A DNA stretch of 64,000 nucleotides, taken from positions 510,218-574,217 of the forward strand of contig DAOORK010000001.1 of the NCBI GenBank assembly GCA_035389185.1. Reading direction: 5' to 3'. The notes beneath the pieces are model-generated. The model saw nothing but the letters and a program-made list of their open reading frames with translations. It did not search any database and was not told the DNA's origin. Source of the DNA: Candidatus Woesebacteria bacterium. GTDB taxonomy: Bacteria > Patescibacteriota > Microgenomatia > UBA1400 > MFAQ01. Shown here one piece after another: positions 10,385 to 20,100 of the stretch (position 1 is the stretch's first letter; each line of letters opens with the position of its first letter). A program made the position numbers and the translations under genes.

Positions 10385-10429
10385 AATCTGAACCAATTAT
10401 ATGCCAGATTGTCCTACAATATACTGGTT

Positions 10430-12346
10430 ATGGACGATTTTTTCAAAGGGCTTAATAAGGAACAGAAAGAAGCAGTGGTTTTTGGAAAAGGTCCTTTGTT
10501 GATTTTGGCAGGAGCAGGTTCGGGAAAAACGAGAGTCCTAACCTACAGAACAGCGTATTTGATTCGAGAAAAGAAAGTTAAACCCGAGCAAGTTGCCTTA
10601 CTGACTTTCACCAATAAAGCCGCCGAGGAGATGAAGGAAAGAGTAAAAAAACTCCAAGGGAAAAGTGTGTCACTGGGTTTTGCAGGAACATTTCACACTT
10701 TTTGCGCGAAATTACTTAGAGAGTATGGTACGAACGCCGATATTAATCCAAACTATGTGATCTTCGATAGCGACGACTCAGAAGCGGCCATGAAAAAGGT
10801 TCTAAAGGAGATGGATATTGACCCCAAAGAGTCTAAACCATCAATGTTTTTGGCCGTGATTGGTAAGATGAAAAATGATTTGGTAAGCCTGTCTGAAGCA
10901 GAAACTTCGGCCAACGATTACTTCCGCCGTATGGTAGTGAAAGTGTGGAAGGCATATCAAGACAAACTCAAAAACAATAATGCGGTGGATTTTGACGACC
11001 TTTTAGTAAAGGCAGTCGCCTTGTTGAGAATTGAAAGAATCCGAAAAGAAATCAATGAAAGATTGCAGTGGATATTGGTTGATGAGTACCAAGACACAAA
11101 TAAAGCTCAGTTTGAGCTGACAAAATTGTTGGCTGGGGAAAGACAAAATATTACAGCGGTTGGAGATGCCGCTCAGGCAATCTATTCTTTCCGAGGAGCA
11201 GACTACCGTAATCTTGTCTTGTTCAAGAACGAGTACCCCAAGGCTTCGATGGTGAGTCTGCCAATGAATTATCGATCCACACAAAATATCTTAGACACAG
11301 CGTATGGAGTAATTAGCCACAACACGTCTCACCCAACATTACACCTGGAAACAACGGCCGGAGTCGGAGAAATGGTTGATTTTTTTGAGGCTAGTGATGA
11401 AAGAGATGAAGCCAAATACGTGATAGAACAAGCAAGGAAAAGTTCTGCCGAAGACGGGCAATCGGCGATTCTTTACCGAACCAATGCTCAGTCTCGGGCT
11501 TTTGAAGATGAACTTATGCGCCGAGATATCCCTTACAAATTGGTGGGTGGTTTGCGCTTCTATAACAGAGCCGAAATTAAAGATCTGATTGCCTATCTTC
11601 GAGTGGTAAACAATCCAAAGGAAGAAATTAGCCGAGCAAGAATTGAAAAACTGGGGAAAAGAAGGGCGGCTATCTTTGATAAATGGCTGGAAACTCAGTC
11701 CACTAAAAAAAGGTCTGGAAATCCCGGAAAATTACTGGAGGAAATAATTAATGTAGTTGGGTTTTTGGAAAGATTTGATGAACGTGATGAAGATGACGTG
11801 GCCCGAATCGAAAATATCAACGAACTTTTAGCAGTGGCTTCGGATTATGAAAATGTGGAGAAATTTTTGGAAAGTGCGGCTCTGTCGGAGTCGGATATCA
11901 AACAGCACAGATCAAACGCCAAAATAACTTTGATGACAATACACGCCGCTAAGGGGCTGGAGTTTGAGACGGTATTTGTGGTAGGTTTGGAAGAAGGCTT
12001 GTTCCCCCACTCACGATCAATGCTTTCGGGAGAAAAAGAAGAGATCGAAGAAGAGAGGCGCTTGATGTATGTGGCGATGACTAGAGCCAAAATAAAATTG
12101 ACCCTTTCATGGGCACGAAGTCGACTTGTGTTTGGCGGTCGACACTCTTCAATCCCGTCAAGATTCTTGTCTGAGATACCTGAAAAACATTTGAAGAAAA
12201 TTGGTGAAGTGCGAGATGTCGAAAGAAAAATGTCCCCAAAAACTTCGGATCTAGATGAATTTGGAGAAAAGAAGAGAATTATTGTCCAAGATTGGGAGAT
12301 TGCCGAAGCGACAAAAGACGATTTTGCCGAGATAGATAATTGGTAA
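10430..12346 (+). CDS. pcrA: ATP-dependent DNA helicase PcrA/UvrD
   Basis: AGAGSGKT, VDEYQD, NYRST, HAAKGLEF, EERRLMYVA. Real start is ATG 10430; the listed 9827 start overlaps tpiA antisense. Confidence 0.93.
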   Translation: MDDFFKGLNKEQKEAVVFGKGPLLILAGAGSGKTRVLTYRTAYLIREKKVKPEQVALLTFTNKAAEEMKERVKKLQGKSVSLGFAGTFHTFCAKLLREYGTNADINPNYVIFDSDDSEAAMKKVLKEMDIDPKESKPSMFLAVIGKMKNDLVSLSEAETSANDYFRRMVVKVWKAYQDKLKNNNAVDFDDLLVKAVALLRIERIRKEINERLQWILVDEYQDTNKAQFELTKLLAGERQNITAVGDAAQAIYSFRGADYRNLVLFKNEYPKASMVSLPMNYRSTQNILDTAYGVISHNTSHPTLHLETTAGVGEMVDFFEASDERDEAKYVIEQARKSSAEDGQSAILYRTNAQSRAFEDELMRRDIPYKLVGGLRFYNRAEIKDLIAYLRVVNNPKEEISRARIEKLGKRRAAIFDKWLETQSTKKRSGNPGKLLEEIINVVGFLERFDERDEDDVARIENINELLAVASDYENVEKFLESAALSESDIKQHRSNAKITLMTIHAAKGLEFETVFVVGLEEGLFPHSRSMLSGEKEEIEEERRLMYVAMTRAKIKLTLSWARSRLVFGGRHSSIPSRFLSEIPEKHLKKIGEVRDVERKMSPKTSDLDEFGEKKRIIVQDWEIAEATKDDFAEIDNW

Positions 12347-12408
12347 TAATGAAATTAATAGTAGTTGGATGGTAGATAGATTGCCTATTTGAGGTTAGAA
12401 TAAGATTT

Positions 12409-13425
12409 GTGATAGAGGAAGTTTCAGAAAAAAATAAAAAACAGTTCAACGACATCGCCCGACACCCCCTGCAGTCTTGGGAATGGGGTGAGTTTCGCCG
12501 AGAAACTGGGGTTGGCCTGTCTCGATTGCTGGAGAAAAAAGGAAAAACAAAAGAAGTGTTTCAAATAACCTGGCACACAATTCCGTACACCAAGTGGTGT
12601 GTTGGATACTGCCCGAAGTCAGCTATTCCCGATAATGAAGCAATAAATAAAATAAAACAGTTGGCAGCAAAAAAGGGAGCCATTTTTGTCAAATTTGAAC
12701 CGAATGAAAAAATTTCACCAGAAACAAAAATGAAGATTGCCTTACTTTCCAAACACTTTAATTGGGTAAAGGGGAAATCACTTTTTACAAAGTATACTTT
12801 TCAACTGGATATTGCAAAGAGTGAGGAAGCTCTGTTGGCCGGTATGCACCAAAAAACTCGATATAATTTGAGACTGGCCGAGAAGAAAGGGGTAAAGATC
12901 GTGGAAGATAGTAGCGAACAAGGTTTTGAAGAGTACTGGAAATTAATGGAGGATACGACAAAAAGACAGGGTTTTTATGCGCACTCTAAAGGTTATCACC
13001 GGAAAATGTGGAAGAATATGACTGAGTCGGGTATGGGCCATCTGTTTAAGGCTGTGTGGCAAGGTCAGACTTTAACTACGTGGATGGTTTTTATTCTGAA
13101 TGGAGTGCTTTACTATCCTTACGGGGCTTCGAGCAACGAACACCGAGAGGTGATGGCCAGTAACCTAATGATGTGGGAAGTAATTCGCTATGGTAAAAAA
13201 CTGGGGTGCAGTCTGTTTGATATGTGGGGCAGTTTGGGACCAGTTCCTGATGTCCGCGACCCATGGTATGGATTTCATCGTTTCAAACAGGGGTATGGGG
13301 CGGAGTTGATTGAGTTTGTGGGAAGTTATGATTTGGTAGTGAGACCAGGGCTTTATCAAGTCTACGGACTGACAGATAAGGTGAGATGGCTTGGACTGAA
13401 ATTATTGGCCGGTGTCCGAAAGTAG
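12409..13425 (+). CDS. FemAB/FemX peptidoglycan bridge aminoacyltransferase
   Basis: HPLQSWEWG, KTRYNLRLAEKKGV, FHRFKQGYG. Confidence 0.9.
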   Translation: MIEEVSEKNKKQFNDIARHPLQSWEWGEFRRETGVGLSRLLEKKGKTKEVFQITWHTIPYTKWCVGYCPKSAIPDNEAINKIKQLAAKKGAIFVKFEPNEKISPETKMKIALLSKHFNWVKGKSLFTKYTFQLDIAKSEEALLAGMHQKTRYNLRLAEKKGVKIVEDSSEQGFEEYWKLMEDTTKRQGFYAHSKGYHRKMWKNMTESGMGHLFKAVWQGQTLTTWMVFILNGVLYYPYGASSNEHREVMASNLMMWEVIRYGKKLGCSLFDMWGSLGPVPDVRDPWYGFHRFKQGYGAELIEFVGSYDLVVRPGLYQVYGLTDKVRWLGLKLLAGVRK

Positions 13426-14247
13426 ATGGAGGATATCCGACAAACAAAAGGGTGGAGAGGACACCTTAAACATAGGGGGTGGAAGACAATAAATATAAAG
13501 GCAGCAGACGACAAACACACAATACAGGTATTTGTTTTTCGTCTTAAACCTTGGCCATTTTCGATGATGAAAGTTCAGAGAGCAAATTTCGACCCTGATT
13601 TTGAGGAGTTAAAAAAAATTAAGAGAAAATATTGGGTGGCAAACTCGGTAATTGAACCGGTAAGGGTGGAAAATCCAAAGAGATACAAAATAGCGGGATA
13701 CCACATAACAAGATTCCCCTTTTTGGCAATGAGTACCTATATTAACGATCTGCAAATGACAGAAAAGGAACTCTGGAATGGTTTGTCGAAAAACGCACAA
13801 CGGTTAATAAAAAAGAATCAGAAAGTAGAAATAGAGGAGGCTGACCCAAAACTATTTTGCCAATTGTGGAAAGCATGCTCAAAAATATGGATTATGCCGT
13901 TTAAAGAAACAGAAAACTTACTAAATAGTTTTAAAGGGAGAGCAAGACTGGTAGTCAGCAGAAAAGGAGATGAGTACCATTCGGGCCTAATGGTAATTTA
14001 TTCAAAAGATACAGCCAATTATTACCAGACATGGACCAATGAGAAAGGCAGAAAAAGCGGAGCTCATTACAAGCTGGTCTGGGAAGAGATGTTACGGGCT
14101 AAAAGGAACGGTTTGAAGTACTTTGATTTTGAGGGCACTTTTGACGAACGCTGGCCACAAAAAAGATGGGTGGGTTTTACAGACTTTAAGAGGAGGTTTG
14201 GAGGTAAGTTGGTACAGTTCCCGGGAAGCTTTTTTCGGTGGTTTTGA
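13426..14247 (+). CDS. FemAB-like/GNAT paralog
   Basis: DIRQT..W, FDFEG, GFTDFKRRFGG. Confidence 0.8.
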   Translation: MEDIRQTKGWRGHLKHRGWKTINIKAADDKHTIQVFVFRLKPWPFSMMKVQRANFDPDFEELKKIKRKYWVANSVIEPVRVENPKRYKIAGYHITRFPFLAMSTYINDLQMTEKELWNGLSKNAQRLIKKNQKVEIEEADPKLFCQLWKACSKIWIMPFKETENLLNSFKGRARLVVSRKGDEYHSGLMVIYSKDTANYYQTWTNEKGRKSGAHYKLVWEEMLRAKRNGLKYFDFEGTFDERWPQKRWVGFTDFKRRFGGKLVQFPGSFFRWF

Positions 14248-14250
14248 CAT

Positions 14251-14277
14251 AAAAAACCCACTCGAGTGAGTGGGTTT
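14251..14277 (-). terminator. Intrinsic terminator between convergent genes
   Basis: AAACCCACTC-GAGT-GAGTGGGTTT stem; longer T-run on the minus strand. Confidence 0.75.
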
Positions 14278-14283
14278 GACGAT

Positions 14284-14910
14284 TTAGGAGGCTAGATATG
14301 CTTCCGGACTAATCATCTCTTTGCGGAGGAGCTTAAAAAGCTCAACCAGAGATTTTTGCGGATAAGGAAGATATTTGCCACTTCCCCCAAACATGACACC
14401 TGAGCGATGAAGACGAGCATAAACCGAAATACCATCGCGAATAATCATGCGGGTACGGCCTTTGGCACAAGCCTCGCCCAGTACCAGGTTGAGTGCATTG
14501 ATCGCCTCAGAGACAATTGTGTGTGAGTGACTTTCTTCACTGACAACCTTGACCGTAGCCAGGATACGAATCAGCAATTCAGCAGACACGACATCTTCGA
14601 TTTTGTCTTTTCCTTCGACTTCAGTACTACCACTGATTTGACGAGCTTCCTTGAGCCAGTCGTTTTCTTGGTCTAACCATTCTTTTGGTGATAAGCCCCA
14701 GAGATTCTCGGCAATGGTAAAGATGGCATTTCTTCTCTCGGACTTTTTACTAAGAACGGTTTGGCCATCAGGCAAAAGGGCTGGATTGATGTGGGCGAGG
14801 TCAAGATTATCGTAGATAGCCTTGAGGTGGCTGATGTTTAACTGACCTCCTGTGGCCGCCTCGCGGCCAATTTCCGTCCATTCGGCTTCAAAATCTAAAG
14901 GCTTAAGCAT
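14284..14910 (-). CDS. Orphan hypothetical protein (stand-alone cassette)
   Basis: 208-aa ORF; AGGAGG SD and TATAAT upstream; terminator downstream. Confidence 0.7.
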   Translation of the reverse strand: MLKPLDFEAEWTEIGREAATGGQLNISHLKAIYDNLDLAHINPALLPDGQTVLSKKSERRNAIFTIAENLWGLSPKEWLDQENDWLKEARQISGSTEVEGKDKIEDVVSAELLIRILATVKVVSEESHSHTIVSEAINALNLVLGEACAKGRTRMIIRDGISVYARLHRSGVMFGGSGKYLPYPQKSLVELFKLLRKEMISPEAYLAS

Positions 14911-14992
14911 TATTCCTCCTTAAGGTGCATTTTATGGCTAGATTATATCATATAGGATATAAAATAACAAGCCGAGTAAGATAGAATGAGTT

Positions 14993-15529
14993 ATGTACCA
15001 GGTTCTGATAATAATGTTATTGATGGGTTTTGTGGGAATGGTGATCGAGTCGGCTCAGGCATCGATAACAGCTAAAAAACTGATTTATAAAGGGGATCGA
15101 TTTTTTTACAATTTTCCGATTGTTTTTATTTATGCTGTTGGGGGAACCTTTTTTTATTACACAACAAAAACTTTAGTGTGGATGCCTTGGTATAAAGTGA
15201 TTTTATCTTTGGCCTTAATCGCCTCAGTTTGGGAGTATGTGGCAGGATATTTTTGCGAACATATCGCCAAGAAAAAATTTTGGGATTATTCTAGCCGTAG
15301 ATTTAATATTTTTGGCTACATATCATTATGGAGCATGATGTGGTGGCTAGTTTTTGCCGCAATATTTTATTTTTTTGTGTTTGAAAAATTGTTGAGTATG
15401 GAGGTTAATCTATCTCAAAATATTTGGCTGTCTCAAGAACAGGGTAGAACGATTTTTGGAGGAATGACATTGACTGTGTTGCTTTTAGCGATAAAAAGAA
15501 TAAAGGAGTACTCAGCTACCAGTCGATAG
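14993..15529 (+). CDS. Putative ABC-transporter permease-like (CmpB-type) membrane protein
   Basis: WEYVAG..FWDYS..FNIFGYISL motif; four TM helices. Confidence 0.75.
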   Translation: MYQVLIIMLLMGFVGMVIESAQASITAKKLIYKGDRFFYNFPIVFIYAVGGTFFYYTTKTLVWMPWYKVILSLALIASVWEYVAGYFCEHIAKKKFWDYSSRRFNIFGYISLWSMMWWLVFAAIFYFFVFEKLLSMEVNLSQNIWLSQEQGRTIFGGMTLTVLLLAIKRIKEYSATSR

Positions 15530-16178
15530 GTGTATTGCCATGTGCTTCGAGATAGGTGTTTGCCTGACTAAACGGACGGCTCCCAAAAAATCCGTTATAG
15601 GCAGAGAAAGGTGAAGGATGAGGTGATTTGATGACCAAGTGTTTTGAGGTATTGATAGAAGCCCCTTTTCTTTGAGCGTATGAACCCCAAAGAATAAAAA
15701 CAAGATGATCTTTTTGTTCGGCAAGGCGATGAATAATGGCGTCGGTGAACTGCTCCCAACCGCGATTTTGATGTGAGCCAGCTTGATGAGCCCTAACGGT
15801 TAGAGTGGCATTGAGAAGCAGAACCCCTTGTTTGACCCAACGATCGAGATTGCCTGAGTGAGGAGAAGTCTTGCCTAGATCGGATTGAATTTCTTGATAG
15901 ATATTTTTTAGAGAAGGGGGCAGAGCAATACCTTCGGGGACCGAAAAAGAAAGCCCGTGGGCTTGTCCCGGGCCATGATAAGGATCTTGGCCAAGGATGA
16001 CCACCTTCACTTTGCCGACCGGCAGACTGTCGAGAGCATTGAAGATAAATTTGGGAGGTGGGTAAATAGTGTTTGTCTGATATTCACGATGAACGAATTC
16101 GGAAAGCTCCCGAAAATAGGGTTTGTCATACTCATCTTTGAGAAGATCTTTCCAGGATTTTTCGAGACGGACTTCCAT
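15516..16178 (-). CDS. ung: Uracil-DNA glycosylase
   Basis: GQDPYH, GVLLLN, HPSPFS. Confidence 0.97.
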   Translation of the reverse strand: MEVRLEKSWKDLLKDEYDKPYFRELSEFVHREYQTNTIYPPPKFIFNALDSLPVGKVKVVILGQDPYHGPGQAHGLSFSVPEGIALPPSLKNIYQEIQSDLGKTSPHSGNLDRWVKQGVLLLNATLTVRAHQAGSHQNRGWEQFTDAIIHRLAEQKDHLVFILWGSYAQRKGASINTSKHLVIKSPHPSPFSAYNGFFGSRPFSQANTYLEAHGNTPIDW

Positions 16179-16193
16179 GTGACTATTGTAGCT

Positions 16194-16460
16194 TTAGAGG
16201 AGAGACTTTTGTTTGGGAAGAACTTCAAAATCTCTGAGAGATTCGGGAACTTCAAAAATCTTTATTTTGGCAGTGTGACCGGAGATAAGAGTGATACTTG
16301 ACCGGGGTATTGAGAAATACTCAGCCAATGCTTTGATAATCGCCTCGTTGGCACGGCCGTCAACAGGAGGCTCTTTTACGGAAACAACATACTGACTGGC
16401 AGAAAGTTGCTCAACATAAGCCCGTTTCTTTTTGGGTTTGGCGACAACGGTAATCCTCAT
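16194..16460 (-). CDS. DUF167/YggU family protein
   Basis: PPVDGRANEA..LISGHTAKIK. Confidence 0.9.
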   Translation of the reverse strand: MRITVVAKPKKKRAYVEQLSASQYVVSVKEPPVDGRANEAIIKALAEYFSIPRSSITLISGHTAKIKIFEVPESLRDFEVLPKQKSLL

Positions 16461-16469
16461 GAATAAGGC

Positions 16470-17069
16470 TTATTTCCCTACAGAGGGGATGTTGGCAGGC
16501 ATGGTGGGAATGTTTTTCATCATCTCGGAGAGATCGGTGAATTTAACATCTGCAGGAATAGTAAACTTACTATTGTCCACGATCCAAGGAGTGCATTTCA
16601 TGTCGTACTTCTCGTTCATATCAACTCCTCCTGTTTGGACGTTGGCGCTGTCGGGGGTATCGGCGTCGTTGGCCTCGGTTTCCGAGATGGCCATTTTTAG
16701 CCCTTGATCTTTGGTGTCAATGTTCCAGGTATACATGAAGGAGCCATCAGAGATCATGTGCATATTTGTTTTGGGCATGTTTTTATCGGTGCTGGAGACA
16801 GATATTTCTTCGGCCATTTTTTTGCCGGAAACATAGAGGGTGGCGTTGGTTTCTGTTTTTATGCCCTCTTCATCAGTGCTGGAGACAGAGATAATACATT
16901 TTTGATTTTTACCTGATGCCAGAAGATCGCGCATGGTCATTGATTGGTTCTGTTCGGTATCGGAACCGTTACCAGCCTGATTTGAAGTTCCAATTGGGTT
17001 TTTGGCTGTACAAGCGGCAAGAAGAAGAGAAGAAAAAATAACAAAGGAAATACTGGCTTTGTTGATCAT
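16470..17069 (-). CDS. Putative lipoprotein
   Basis: Start at MINKAS; lipobox LLAAC; DGSFMYTW and FTIPADVKF motifs. Confidence 0.7.
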   Translation of the reverse strand: MINKASISFVIFSSLLLAACTAKNPIGTSNQAGNGSDTEQNQSMTMRDLLASGKNQKCIISVSSTDEEGIKTETNATLYVSGKKMAEEISVSSTDKNMPKTNMHMISDGSFMYTWNIDTKDQGLKMAISETEANDADTPDSANVQTGGVDMNEKYDMKCTPWIVDNSKFTIPADVKFTDLSEMMKNIPTMPANIPSVGK

Positions 17070-17148
17070 ATATTTTTGAGTATACACGGGAGATGACAAA
17101 ATTACAGAATTCTGCCTCGAAATATAGTAACATATAATCAAGCTAAGA

Positions 17149-20100
17149 ATGAATAAATCGCCGATGGTTCAACGTGCACAAACGAAGATAATTAAGAGTA
17201 TTTTTGTTGTTTTATTGGGAGTGCTTCTGACAACTTCTTTGTTTTTCTATAAAGTTTGGTTTAGTGCAGTTAGTGTTTGGGCAGATAGCTTAACTTGGAA
17301 TTTCTCAACAACCACTGATTACACATATAACTCAGCAAAAATTAGTGTGGTTAATGGAGGTGCTTATCTGGCTTCACCGTCTGGGTGGTATGACTCAAAA
17401 TGGCTGTATCGGAAAGCAATAACAATCGACAATACGGCTTTGGGCACAGTATTGAGTAATTATCAGATCGATGTGGATCTTGACTCTTCGAACTTTGACT
17501 TTAGTAAAGCAATGGCCAATGGAGAAGATATTAGAATTACCGACGCCGATGGAGTAACTGTCATTCCGTATTACCTCGAACATTTCAACAATTTAAATAT
17601 GATCACGCAAGGTGTTGAAAATTATGCCGTCGTAAGTGGGGCGGCGGCCTGGTGGCAATTGAGTGCCAACGCAAATGATTCCGGAGAAAATGCCAACAAT
17701 GGTACTCTGGCAGGTAATGCCGCTTTTTTAGGCTCATCACTCAAACTTGACGGAAATGGAGATTACGTAAGCGTTGCGGATAGTGCGAGTCTGGATTTTA
17801 ATTCTTCTTTCACCATCGAACTTTGGGCAAGGCCGGACACTTTACCGGCAAGCGAAACAACTAGACAGTTTATCGCTAAGGGCGGAACAGGTGACGGAAC
17901 GGGAAATGACCATAACTATTACTTTGGTATGGGAAATGCCGACACCGGTTATGGCCTGACCAAGGGTCCGGGGGTGGTTTTTGGTTTTGAAGACTCGGCC
18001 GGAAATAACTATCAAGTAGTTGAGTATATCCAGTTAAATACTGGTCAGTGGTATCACCTGACAGGTGTATTTGACGACACGGCGAATACTTTGAGTATTT
18101 ATATCAATGGAACACTGCTAAAAACTTTATCCAGCGTAACTGCGACACCTTTTACCCAAAATAGCAGCTTGTTAATTGGAGCAAAGCTAACTAGTGCCGA
18201 GTTCTTTGATGGAAGAATAAGAGAGGTAAGAATGTTTAACTCGGCCATATCGGCGAGTCAGATTTTGGCTGATTATCAAACCACCTCACAAAAAGCAAAG
18301 ATTTGGGTCAAAGTGCCATCGATTCCGGCAAGCTCAACAAAAACTATTTATCTATATTACGGATTAAATTCAACAACTAATCTTAAGGCAGGGTTGATTT
18401 CGGACGTACACGGTTTTTCGGATAATGGAGATAAAAAAGGAGTTCAGGCAACAGACTATTTGACTGACTATATAAACAGAATGAACAATTCATTTGTCCC
18501 GGATGTTTCTGTTGATCTGGGCGACAAGATTACCACAGTTGATCAAGCCACAGATATCACTGATTTGACAACCGTCTCGGGAATATTTGGCAATCTGACC
18601 AGTCCGCATTACTATACTTTGGGAAATCATGAAGTAGCCAATTTAACTAAGACACAGGTAAAGACTGCTCTGGGAATAGACTACACTCGAAAGTCGGTGG
18701 ATGTTGGCAATTACCACATCATTGTCCTTGACTCACAAGATACCGAACAAGCAGACCCTTGGGGTGGAGCTCTGACCGAGGCTGACAAAACTTGGCTAAC
18801 CACGGAATTGGCGGCCACCAGTAAAAAAACACTGGTGTTTTCGCATCAACCTCTCGACACCCAAAATATGGCTTTGAATCAGTATTTTGCGACTAGTGAC
18901 GATGTGTTTCTGGCCAATGCCGCCGACGTCAGAGCCATATTGGAAAACGATGGTGACGTGATCGGAGTTTTTAGCGGGCATCTCCACTGGATCAACAAGT
19001 CGATAATTAACGATATCCCTTATTTTTCTTTAGGGTCGCTGGTTGAGGACTACGGTAAAAACTGGGTAGAAGCTTCAATTGTCGGTAATCAATTTTTGAA
19101 TATTGTCTTTAAACAAAATGGAGAAACGGAGAGATTGATGATCTGGGATTTTGTTAATCACATAGAATTAAACAAGCCATCGACAGCTTTTGATTTTTAT
19201 GACAGTTTTGAGGGAGACAGCGGTCAATGGGCGGAGTTGACCGGACTTACGGGAGGAAACTGGTCAATCTCGGGCAAGGGCTATTTGCAAGAAACAGGTA
19301 CAGCTACAGGACAACACAAAATCCTTAATTCGAGCTACTCGGAACCTGCCAACTATATTATCGAGGCTAATATTGGTCTTTATGGAACAACTGTTGGCCG
19401 AACCCAGTTGGGAGGTTTTGCCTCAAGAATAACAAATAGTACAAACTTTGATGCTATCTACATGGCTAACGATGCCGATGATGATATCCGCTGGAAACAG
19501 ATGGATAACACTACATGGGAGTTGATTGGTCAACAAGCAACTTTTACACCGGATACGTATTGGCATCAGTTAAAGATGGTGAAGCTGGGTAATCAAAGAA
19601 TAGTTTATCTAGATGGAGCACAACAGTTTGATTTAACCAACGCTGATTTAGCTGATGGCACTTTTGGTTTGTGGACATATTTTGACAGTATTCAGTACGA
19701 CAATTTGAAAATTCTTCCCTATGTCGCAACCGAACCAACAACCAGTGTTGGCTCTGAAGTTTTGATTTACCCAAACGACGACCCAACCATTGTTCCGGTA
19801 ACTCCGATAACATTTAACTCAATCTCCAGTTTTACGGAAACAGCAACTAAAAATGATGGCGAGATTAAATACCAAATTTCAAACGATGGCGGAACAACTT
19901 GGTATTGGTATAACTCCGGATGGACAACAACAGTAACAGGCTATGCCGAAGCAAACACAGCTACTGTAATAAACTCAAACATCGGTTCTTTCCCGGAAGG
20001 TGATGGTTCTTTCCTTTTTAGGGCATACCTTCACTCAGATGGAACAGATTTAGTAACGCTGGACGCTGTGGACTTAACTTATGTATTGGACGTGACTGCT

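Noticed and set aside
9827-10429. 200-aa N-terminal extension of PcrA in the ORF track
   Set aside because: Antisense shadow of tpiA; helicase similarity starts at ATG 10430.
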